DNA from: Craspedostauros australis
Taxonomy: Eukaryota
Assembly: GCA_030167865.1 (NCBI GenBank)
Contig: JALAGF010000713.1
Coordinates: forward strand, 1 to 35,342
Reading direction: 5' to 3'
Length of the DNA: 35,342 nt
Shown: positions 20,309 through 30,187 of the stretch, piece after piece
Position numbering within the stretch: the stretch's first letter is position 1
Layout: each line of letters starts with the position of its first letter
The notes under the pieces: generated by a model
What the model saw: the letters and a program-made list of their open reading frames with translations, nothing else
Database searches by the model: none
Told to the model about the DNA's origin: nothing
Translations under genes and position numbers: made by a program

Positions 20309-23300
20309 TTACACTCCCGCGTGTTCACCGATGCTCTCTTCGTCTTGCAAGTCCTCAGCTCCTGCTACGTTCGCGCCCGCATTTGAATTTGAATACTCAC
20401 CACCATCATCATCGCCATCGACGTCCATTTGCTCTTCATGAGAGGTCTGAAAGTGCTCGTTCATCGCAGTCAGCCACTCCAAAGCTGGGGTGGACGGCGC
20501 CAATGTGTGTAATAAGATGTCGCTGGAGGTAGAAATCGTGTGCCCTTTCGGCACTTCGATATCGCCGATCGGAGCATTGGCGAGATCAATGAAGTCGTCA
20601 GCATGAAAACGCGTTCCGCGCGCCGGTTCAGAGTGGATGGAAATGTCGCAGTTGTGCCCGAACGTGTCGTTCTCGTTCTCCGCGATTTGATCTTCGGATC
20701 GGAACATTGCCGGTTGCAATGGATCCAAACAAGTGGCTGGTGTACCATGCAATCCAGCACCGGACAAGTTTGCGTTTGCGCCGTTTGGAACCCACTCTTG
20801 CGAATCCAAATACATGTGCTCCTGAGGTTGTAGTGCCATCTTCGCCTTTCCGCCGCGCGACGGAGGTAGGGATGCGCTGCGCCCTCGGTGAGAGCGTAGT
20901 GTCGTTAATTTTGAATGCGTTGTCTGGATATTCCTCCCGAACGGTACGTCCCAAGGTGCCATGACGACCTGTGCATCTCCAGCTTTGGTCGCGAATGGAA
21001 TCTGAGATGTAGCTTCATCGTGCACTCCCGCCATGTTCTGATTTGGAATAGGCGCAGCACTCCCGACACCCTTTGCGTTCACTGTTGGTTTGGCTGGTGG
21101 TTTCGTGATTTGAGAAACCGCGGCAGATCGTGTCGCATTGTTCATCACAGATGCCTTTTCTAAAAATTGTCCCGTTCCTGAGTCGGATGAGAGATGTCCG
21201 GGTTTGGTGGAGTAGAGCAGAGTAGAGCAGAGCAGTGTTGGGAAAATGTAGATTGCATCCAGCGGCGAGGCAGAAACCGCGGTCGAAGTACCGGCGGGGA
21301 TTGAACAAAAAACAGCAAGGGTTTGAATGATTTGTGGCAGAGTACAACATTTGTGAGCAAGCATGACACCAATAGCGAGTAGTACCGCGCGAGCGAGCTG
21401 CATGTATTTGTTAATGGATACGCTGTCCAAACCTTCAAGACGACATGACGCATTCGGCAATGGAACATACAAAAAGGCTCTCAATCACAATCTTGATCTT
21501 CCCCTCTCATTGATCCGTCGCTGCAGGGGCGAGTGGCTGTGCTAGATAGACATATCAAAGAAGGGAGAACTCCCCACGAACAATGACCAAACACGATTTC
21601 CACAACATTGCATCGACTCACCCATTGATGAAGATGCCTGCTTGCCTGGTTGCCAACTCTGTGCGCATCTCCCTTCTGGCGCAATCGATGCAACGGCAGC
21701 TGGCGCATCCTTCTCGGTCGCCTCCCTCAATTCGGAACTAGTCTTTGCTTCCGGCCCAACTTGGGTCGCATCTTGAACTTGCTTACGCTTTGCTGCCTTC
21801 GACCTGGAACTTGATCGGTATTCACGGTGCAGACGGTCGCGGAACCTGGAGGAATGACGTCACAGAAGAGGCGGTGAAGTTTAACAGAAGTTGAAATCGC
21901 ATCGAGGTGAGAGGAAGGTGCTCTTGCATGCAATGCAACAGATGCGATACAAAGCACTGTCACAATCATTGGTATCACCGTCGTAACGGTTGCCGATACA
22001 ACCGTGGTCGAGCACACCAGCTTCCAATTGACGGTGCATGCGCGCGGTTGATAGTTTCACTTATGCGCAGGCGGATGTGTTGGCACAAAGCAATCACTGC
22101 AAGCACTGGTTCCACTTCGATGGGAAACGCCGCAACAAAAGGCATGTGCAAGCCATCGGATTCAAAGATATGAGCGAAACGGTGGCTTCGGTGCCGGTGC
22201 TGACATATGCGGACACTTACGATTGGCCAACTTTCTACCGTCACGATGGATGTTGAGTATACCCGGGGAGAAACGCAGCGAGGAGATGTTCGAGATGAGT
22301 TGAAGTACGCTTTGATGACGCATAGCCGATGATAGCAGAGCAATTGCACATTTGCACGCTCTCATCTTCATCTCGAGCTTGCGCAATCCTGGAATCCGCC
22401 AGCGTGCTGGTTGAGACCAGCATGCTGCAAAGAGATGGCAGCGATAGCTTCCTCCGAATCGACCCATCCGCCCAACCATCTGGCCACGCACCAAAAAATC
22501 CATCCCGGCATGTCGGACGACATCACAAGCGCCATATCTCCGAGCTACTGCAACGCTGCGTATTCGATGGATGCGGACTCACCTCTCTCGCAACATGATC
22601 GCCCACCTCGTACCATTGAGTGTTGGCGAATTTGATGAATCCACCATTCGGAGAGACGCTCCTCACAGAGTCGACAACTTCCCAAACAACGACGGACTTC
22701 TCGAACTTCGTGTCTGCGCTCTTGTATCTCGCCAAGTTCATATCCACAGTCAGTCTGAAACGCCGGTTGCCTTCGCCATGCCGCGGACAATGAGGGTTGG
22801 ATTTTCGCCGATCGTATCGTGTGTGGTGGTGGTGCAAATCAAGGAAACGAATGATAAGTTAGCATCAATATTGGTGGTAATGTCTGTTTGATTGTACATA
22901 GGTTGTTCAATGAAAGATGAATAATGCGCATGCACATGACATGCAAGGACGAGCACGAGTAACATCTGACGTGCAGCGGCGACGTGTTTCGGTGGAGCAT
23001 CTTCGATCACACGAACGTCAATGCCTGGACTTTCATCGCTTTCGCACATGCGCAGCGACCCGCTCAAACGAGCCATGCGTGCGCACGGGCTCCGAAGATC
23101 TGCGCCGGCGTACCTGTGTAATTCCGAGCGTAGTTCCCACGCGCGCAAATGACATCGAACGGCCCAGGGATGTAGTCAGACCTCAGAGGCGTCCAGGCGT
23201 CGTCAACCTCCACGACGTGCTCGCTCTGGTACTTCAGGCGCCATTCCTCCACCATCTCCCCGTAAGTCGAGGGTTTCTTCGGTCGCATGAACGGTACATT

Positions 23301-23495
23301 CGGTCTATCCATTTTGCTCTGTAGCATCATCGTCATCTTTTGGGATGAATTATGGTCTTTTTCTGTTGGGTCTTTGTCGTGGCCGTCGAGCAAGCTGAGA
23401 TCAGTGGATCGTTTCATGTCAGTCAAAATTGTGGGACGGCGACCGACATCCGGGCCCATCATCTCAAACTGGTGTGTTGGTTGAACATTCTCCAA
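20309..23495 (-). CDS. Second DUF6824-domain protein; exons 23114-23495 (5' end uncertain; in-frame ATG at 23462), 22583-22770, 22221-22234 (14-nt micro-exon), 21622-21845, 20309-21177; ~550 aa
   Basis: Splicing rebuilds PGPFDVICARGNYARNYTG|NRRFRLTVDMNLARYKSADTKFEKSVVVWEVVDSVRSVSPNGGFIKFANTQWYEVGDHVARE|KVGQS|FRDRLHREYRSSSRSKAAKRK, collinear with the paralogue at 15794-17005. Donors are GTACGC, GTGAGT, GTAAGT, GTGAGT; acceptors are AAG, TAG, CAG, CAG. The exons sum to 1677 nt (559 codons). Confidence 0.8.
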
Positions 23496-24702
23496 CTGCG
23501 TGGGAAGGCCACGCAAGGATAAACAATCGGATGACTGACTACTCGTACTGGCATGTCAGCACACCCATCTCGCTCAAGACTTCCGTCCGCGTTGCCTGTA
23601 TAGACCGAGTGCATGTGGTGAACATGACGTCACATGATCGATCAGCCCATTGCCAACAAGAAACAACGCATCGGTTTCGCTGCCTGGTTTGGCGTTGTGG
23701 TCACACATTCATGACCGAGACACATTTCGAGCGCGAGATTTCTTCCTGTTTGTTGTGCGATACACTGATCGTGGAATGAGCACGACATTCTGTTTGATGG
23801 CCGGTCGATGCGAAATGTCGTGTAGGACATAATCAATTATGTGAGCACATGTCTTCGACAAATCTGCGACATGGCTTCACAGGAGAAAAAGTCGTTATTC
23901 ACACATGGGTGCATGTCCTTCTGCTGTCACACCAACAAAGGACTGAATAAGAATCCACAGTTGAGATGTCTGATCGATGTCGTTTTCGCAGGGTGGGCGG
24001 CGATCAAACGAAATGCGAGACACAGATTCGATCGCGGTTGGATACCCTGTGTGTAGCGTGATGTGTCGGAAACATCTCGCGTCCGTCCTCCCATTTCCCT
24101 GGTTGCTCCTCCAAACTGTTCCGAGAAGTGTGACTCCAACCTACCCCGATCGACCACGTCTTCCGGAACGACCAGAAGGCTGACGACGAGCAGTTCGTCA
24201 ACGTCCAGAGTATCCGCACTTGTATTCGAAAGGCACAACATGTTCTTGGTTGGAGAACCGTGCGACTGTCGCCTTCGAGAAATGATGGACCTAATTCTAC
24301 TCGGTTTGAATGCATCCTTCATTTTCGCATATCACCGCTAAGACTTCGCTTGCATCGGTAGGGAAATAAGTACACGCTACACCTGACACTGTTGCGCTTA
24401 CTATTTGCTTCTTTGTAGGCTGGGCGTAGCTTTCGCCGCTCATGATGATAGTGACCGTCGTCGCACCGTGCAATGGTTGGTTTGGAACAGGCCAGAGACG
24501 CATGAGCATTTCAATGGGTGATCGATCGAGAAGCATGAGGAAGGGGATGAGGGAGCAGCGGCAGCAGAGCCATCAGAGGCAGGTCACCATGAGAACCACG
24601 TTGCTGACGTTCACACACTTGCGTATTTTCCGCACGTAGTGCGAGGATGACGCGACGCCAATGTATGCGAATCGATATCAGACGGCATCAGCTGTCGCCG
24701 CC

Positions 24703-24703
<1 letters not shown>

Positions 24704-24733
<30 letters not shown>
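24704..24733. repeat. (CAG)10 microsatellite
   Basis: Read directly; lies in apparently intergenic DNA upstream of the second DUF6824 gene. Confidence 0.9.
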
Positions 24734-24736
<3 letters not shown>

Positions 24737-26121
24737 TGGCAGACGGATCGCCCATATCCACCACCACAGCTACCGTCAAGGCCATGTATACTACGTCCAG
24801 AGTTGGAATGGCAAGACGTGACTGATTACCCTTCCTTGGATGGAAGCGTGCGCACACATGTGGGCCTCCCTTTCGCAGCTAGACATGGGCATGGCGCATC
24901 CTGAAGAGTAGAACTCGGCGCCAAACAATTCCATCGAACGATTCCTTCGGAAATGATGTCACAAAAGGAGATGAGGCCCAAGGCGAACAAGCCGAAGGGG
25001 GAAGACAGCGAGAGCTTGGCTTCCTCAACTACTCTAGCAAATATCCGAAGGGAAGGAATTGCACGGAGTACTGGATGCCGTGGTGAGAACGTGGTTCGTC
25101 GACACGCCGTGATGGCAAGACCAGACTCCCATCCTCATCTTCGGACAAATCATGGATCAGAGTCAGAAAGTGTGGGCGATTGCAAATCTTGCGAACAGCC
25201 CGTCGAATTCCAGGCCAAGTTGGGCCAGATCCGACTCCATTCACATCAACTTGCCCAAACGTCGAAAAATGCAATCGACATTTCTCAGTAATTCTACCGT
25301 CGCCAAGCTGTAACAAGGAGATCTGAACAACAATGATCTGACACCTCGCGAGCGACAGCCATCTCTCCTCAACCGAGGCAAGCGTGCAATAAATGGCAGC
25401 TTGGATGGATTCTGCGCGGGTGTGTGTGCTCTTCTTGGTATAGATTCCCGGAACTGAAAGCGAATGCCAATGCTGCGCAAACGGAATGGAACGGGAAGGG
25501 TTTCCAATGCATGATATATGAGCCGAAAGCAAGGAGTGCAACCACAGACTGCTTCGTACCATAAAATAGATCAGGGTGAACTATTCGATGGCGAAGCCTA
25601 GAATGGCGGTTATATACTTGCGATGTCGGCCCAGCTCATTCGTGCCCTGGTTTCGAATTCTGAGTGTGATGCTTCCCAAGAGGCGATGCGATCCCATGTG
25701 TGAGGCATGCGAATCATCAGTCTCGTCCGGCAGGGAATGAACGAGCGCAGCGTCTTTTTGTTGTTGCACGCAGAACACAAACAGACAGCCCCAAATTGAA
25801 ACAGTCAGCCAGAAAGACAAACAGACGTGTCCGAAAAACTTCGCTGGGACAAACAATCAATGGGATTGCTGAGCCAAGTATGCGGCTGCCTGTCATCCGC
25901 CGGTATCCGAATCGAAAGATCCGACATCAACGACAAAACCGAACCACAAAAATGAAAGAAGAGGCCAGAACATCACCACAACTGCGCAACGCTTGTGGAA
26001 CCAAGCGGAAGAAGCGGAGTCGTCCACAACCAAGTTGAGCACCACGCTTCATCAATTGATGGCACTACTTCAACACTAACGACATACTGGCACGAACACC
26101 AAGAAGTAGCCTGACGATGCA

Positions 26122-26778
26122 ATGATCCGATCTTTCTTTGCGTCGATTTATCACACCCAGCCACTCTTCAGAGTGTGCGTCCTGGGCTTCGTTATCTCGC
26201 TGTGCGGACTATCCATCCTGGTGGATCGATTGGACAGGCAGCTCGAGCTTGGCTTGGGCGATCCGAGCGACAAGGGGGATTCCAACGTCCCGAGAAGTGC
26301 CCCGGATGCGTGGGCGATGGGATACACCGCGGAGAAACTCTCGCTCTGGTACGAAGCAATCGGAGAGGATGCACGGCTGGAATACTATCAGCATGCATCG
26401 TGGGATATGTATCCATTCGCTCCTGCGTACAACGTAGTGGCCGTGGGGCTGTCGCTGTATGCGGCAGAACACTGGAAGATCACACGAGCGAGGCGACTAG
26501 GCCGCGGCGCTGGGCTTTCGGCCGCAGAGCCAAAATCGATCGTGCCTCCGATGGTGTACTGCATCCCGATCTTCACGTTCGTTTTCGATGTAGTAGAGAC
26601 CTCCACATTGCGTCATGGAGCGGCGATCTTTCCAGAACGGTTGAGCAAGAACGCTGTCTTCGTGGCAAGCTCCTGCACACGAATGAAGTTTGCCTGCTTA
26701 TTTGCGTGGGTGATCTGGATCTACATCATCACATTCCGTCCATTACCGACAAAACGCGGTTTGCGCGCGCCAACTTGA
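26122..26778 (+). CDS. Uncharacterised membrane protein, 218 aa, about 4 transmembrane segments
   Basis: Clean ATG-TGA ORF with four hydrophobic segments. Motif series PDAWAMGYTAEKLSLWYEAIGEDARLEYYQHASWDMYPFAPAY ... VFDVVET ... IFPERLS..VFVASSCTRMKF resembles a widespread unnamed membrane family (recalled, not searched). Confidence 0.75.
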   Translation: MIRSFFASIYHTQPLFRVCVLGFVISLCGLSILVDRLDRQLELGLGDPSDKGDSNVPRSAPDAWAMGYTAEKLSLWYEAIGEDARLEYYQHASWDMYPFAPAYNVVAVGLSLYAAEHWKITRARRLGRGAGLSAAEPKSIVPPMVYCIPIFTFVFDVVETSTLRHGAAIFPERLSKNAVFVASSCTRMKFACLFAWVIWIYIITFRPLPTKRGLRAPT

Positions 26779-27404
26779 GTACTCTACCTCAGGGCAAAAC
26801 ACACACGGGTACGGGTATTGCAGGAGTGCTGCACAGAGTAGCGTAGAGAGCATACAGGTACCGGCATAATGGCACAATCTCGTGGATCGCAAGTCGTGCG
26901 AATTTGAGGAGTCATCCGACGCATTTCTCTTGACCTTTGGTTCTGTCGAGCTTGCAGGAGCTCCACATGCACCAATGCTGCTCAGGTCACTTCGGAATGG
27001 TCGTGCCATGGGGTATGGCAAGCACGGGTGAACTCTGAGATCGATGGAATGCAGCCGACCGGACAGGAAATGCACCCGTGGATGCAAGTGTGGACACGGC
27101 GAGTTGTGGTAGAGCGCGTTTTGGGGCATCTGTGCTCCTTGCGATGTTGGCACGGAACATGGTACGAGTATTATAGAATAGGTTCTAATCTTATTCCAGA
27201 ATGAATTTATAGTAGCACAGAAGCAATAGCAAGAATTCCTTGCATAGAATGTGCGACTACGCAACTCATATTCCATATTGCGTTCGACCTGGTTTTGGTG
27301 TGTCTTGGATGCGGTGCCATTCAAGAGCTCTGTATTCACGTTCCAGAGAACGAGAGAGAAGTGCTGCGCTGATGGGCAGCTCACCCTATTTCATCGTCAG
27401 CGAC

Positions 27405-29288
27405 TCACTCGTCCAGTGCCGATGATGCTGGTGATGCCGCTGGCAATGACGCTGGTGATGTTTGCAGTGACGGCGTACTCGAACTGGACTTCAACGATGA
27501 GTGAAGCCGCTGTGATACGAAGTCAGCGGCATGTTCTGGCTGATCATCCAGATCCGAATCCTTCAGGTTCATGACGGGGACGATGAAGAGGGCGAAAACG
27601 ACGGTATAGGACTGCATCGCCGCCTCGCCTTTCTGGAAGACGTTTTCATTGCCGGCCAAGGCCTGCGGACCGATCTCCGCACTGGCGTAATAGCCGAGAC
27701 AGGGTACATCCTTGAAAATCCTTCCAAAGCGTGTGGCATCAGACATGGGTTCGGGAATGAAACCGTGAGCGAATGGGCCGCGACCTCCACAATTGAACAT
27801 GACGGCACCGAGGATCTTCTCGCCCTTCGTCTGCTCTTTGAGTTGTTGTGCTGTTCGATCCATATCGCGCATGCACGCATCTGCCTGCAGATCGAAGAAG
27901 TCGACCTGCGTACCGCACAACGACGTTTCTTTCGCTCCGTCTCTGGACTCGTGGTAAATTGCGAGTTGCACTTGCTTGCCAAAATTGAGTTCAAAATGGG
28001 TACAGAGTTCGAACCCGTCAATACCAAGTCGTTTGAGGCCGAGGAAGGGCATTCGGGTGCCCAGAACGCGTTGGAGAATAATTCTGCAAAACTGTTTCAC
28101 AGTTATAATCTCGTCCTGTTCCTCATTCCGAATGTGGGTAACAAGATGTACAGGCGGTCTTGATGCCGCAGCATCGGAAAAAGGCAGGCGCAGATCGGAG
28201 GGATAATCCTCGTCGGTCGGGCGGCAATACTTGGAGCTGGCAATGACGTACGGTGACGACTTTTGGGGAGATTCTTGAGAGTTTTGCGATTGTAGGATGC
28301 TCGTGACGCCACAAGACACCACGGAGCGAATGGGAACCGATCCAGCCAGGACGACACCAAAGAGATGATCCTTCATGGGCTTTAGATGAAGCTTGTGTTC
28401 AGATGCCTTGTACTTCTCGATCGCTTCCCAAACAACAGCCACGAGCTGGTGGTGCTCCATCTGCCACATTTCGTCCGGACATTCGTCGTCAACGAGGGTC
28501 GAAAGGAGATCGTGTAGTTCTTCGCCGGTGCAAACCTCTAACTCCTCTCTGCTTTGCGGAGCATTCTCCTCGCGGAGTCTGGGTGCAGTCATGTACCCGC
28601 GTTGACAAACGCCGCCGATGACCGCGACGCCAGGAAATTCGGCCTGCAGGTGCTTCACCGCATTCTCCGTGCTGTCTTTGCGATTTCTGCTGGCGTAAAT
28701 GATGACCGCTTTAACGTGCTCGTGTGGCGATTCCGTTGCACTGCCACTTTCACCGATGTCCATCTTGCGATCATCTTGGATCTGCATCTTGAGTGTTCTG
28801 ATTGTGGATTGCATGTCGCCCTTGCCCTGGAAGTAGAACGGATAGATGCTTGCATCTGGAAACCGCGCCATCATGCAGGCCTCCTTACTATCATGCTCGA
28901 AAGTGGGCATATCTTCCGCATCTCTGGCCGGATGGTTGACCTGGATACTTTTCGCTTCGGCGCAAAGGATGGTGCAATCTTGAGGCACATAGCTCGCGAC
29001 GTGGTTCTGCAAGTCGCCACCTACCGACTGGAAGCCAAGCACGAGGTTAGGCGGACCTTGTAGTCCTGCGCGTGCTTCGTTGAGCATATCCGGAAGCGGT
29101 CGGTCTTCGTTCGTCTCTGGGTCCTGCCTTGCGACGGAGACCAGCTCGGGTCCTTTGATCACACGCAAGTACTGTTGGACCAAGTAGTACCAGCGTTTGG
29201 AGCATGCGGAGAGGAGAGCCAAATCTGCCTTGTTGCCGTACTGAACGATATTCAGCAGCAGCTCCGCGTTCATGGATTCCATCATCAT
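27405..29288 (-). CDS. F-box + FIST domain protein (FBXO22-like architecture), 627 aa, intronless
   Basis: N-terminal F-box-like MNAELLLNIVQYGNKADLALLSACSKRWYYLV. FIST-N-like EFPGVAVIGGV. FIST_C signature LGAVMFNCGGRG...DATRFGRIFKDVPCLGYYASAEIGP...MQSYTVVFALF. Confidence 0.85.
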   Translation of the reverse strand: MMMESMNAELLLNIVQYGNKADLALLSACSKRWYYLVQQYLRVIKGPELVSVARQDPETNEDRPLPDMLNEARAGLQGPPNLVLGFQSVGGDLQNHVASYVPQDCTILCAEAKSIQVNHPARDAEDMPTFEHDSKEACMMARFPDASIYPFYFQGKGDMQSTIRTLKMQIQDDRKMDIGESGSATESPHEHVKAVIIYASRNRKDSTENAVKHLQAEFPGVAVIGGVCQRGYMTAPRLREENAPQSREELEVCTGEELHDLLSTLVDDECPDEMWQMEHHQLVAVVWEAIEKYKASEHKLHLKPMKDHLFGVVLAGSVPIRSVVSCGVTSILQSQNSQESPQKSSPYVIASSKYCRPTDEDYPSDLRLPFSDAAASRPPVHLVTHIRNEEQDEIITVKQFCRIILQRVLGTRMPFLGLKRLGIDGFELCTHFELNFGKQVQLAIYHESRDGAKETSLCGTQVDFFDLQADACMRDMDRTAQQLKEQTKGEKILGAVMFNCGGRGPFAHGFIPEPMSDATRFGRIFKDVPCLGYYASAEIGPQALAGNENVFQKGEAAMQSYTVVFALFIVPVMNLKDSDLDDQPEHAADFVSQRLHSSLKSSSSTPSLQTSPASLPAASPASSALDE

Positions 29289-30187
29289 CGTTGGGCCGTC
29301 TCAGCGCAGTTGTGCGCGTGTGGTGTGATAGTTGCACGCGTGTGGTAGTTGTGCGTGTGTGGAAAAGGCAGTTGGTCGTCTGCGTGGTTTTATACGAGCA
29401 TCATCACCTTTTGCTGTTCTCGCGTTGTGTCGACGCACGACGTGAATACGTCGCACTGATTCCCCATGTCCAAGCATTTGCCTGGTACTCGTGCTCGTGC
29501 TCGTGCTCGTACAGTGTTCAGTCACTGCACCTGCCCAGCCTCGTCCCCCATCATCTCTTGTGGCAGATAACGCATGATGAATAGTTTACCACGCGAGATC
29601 CAATCCGTCAAAGCCGGACGACTTGGGAGTTGTGCCTCTCTTGTGCAGGCGGGCAATCGCAAGAACGATCTTGCTTGCTCTCTCTCTCTTTCTATCTCTC
29701 CGCATGTGGATCCATTGTCATGTCACCATGCCAAGTCGTATGGTACCATGCCGCTCTACACTGATACCACACATTCATGTTCGTCGGTAAGTCGGTTCTT
29801 GTGTGGATGATGCGTTTGTTGTTGTGGGCCAATTCGTTTGTTCTGTTCCTGGAGACAACCAAAGATCCATCAAACTCTCGCATTCTCGCAGGACTGCACC
29901 ATACGTGAATGGACCCGGAAGTTGAAGTCATCGAAGTTCCATGACTCATCCGATCCATTCACATGTTTCCAAAAACAGAAAAGGAGACGAATGACGCAGA
30001 GCTTCACCCGCCCCCAAGAACGCCTCCCGACACTGTCGCGATCAACAACAACTTCAAGTTCAAAACACACAACAACAACTTTGACAACTTCAACGACCAC
30101 CACTTTTGGAACCCATTGTTTTGATCATCCAGGTTGTCTCGAGGCTCGGTTCTGCAATACAATTCCCCTATCATCTGCAGCACCACC
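29289..30187. promoter_or_regulatory. Divergent intergenic region (probable bidirectional promoter) between the F-box/FIST and PPR genes
   Basis: Head-to-head starts at 29288 (-) and 30188 (+). C/A-rich leader-like tracts point outward on each side. (CTCGTG)n repeat at 29485-29512 and (CT)n near 29678-29700. Confidence 0.5.

Noticed and set aside
21178-21484. Hydrophobic N-terminal ~100 aa of ORF 20309-21484 as a signal or membrane region
   Set aside because: It lies in the modelled intron 21178-21621. The apparent hydrophobicity comes from pyrimidine-rich, AG-free intron sequence.
24647-25562. Short ORFs including a polyQ peptide
   Set aside because: The polyQ is just the (CAG)10 microsatellite; no domain, splice model or codon bias supports a gene.
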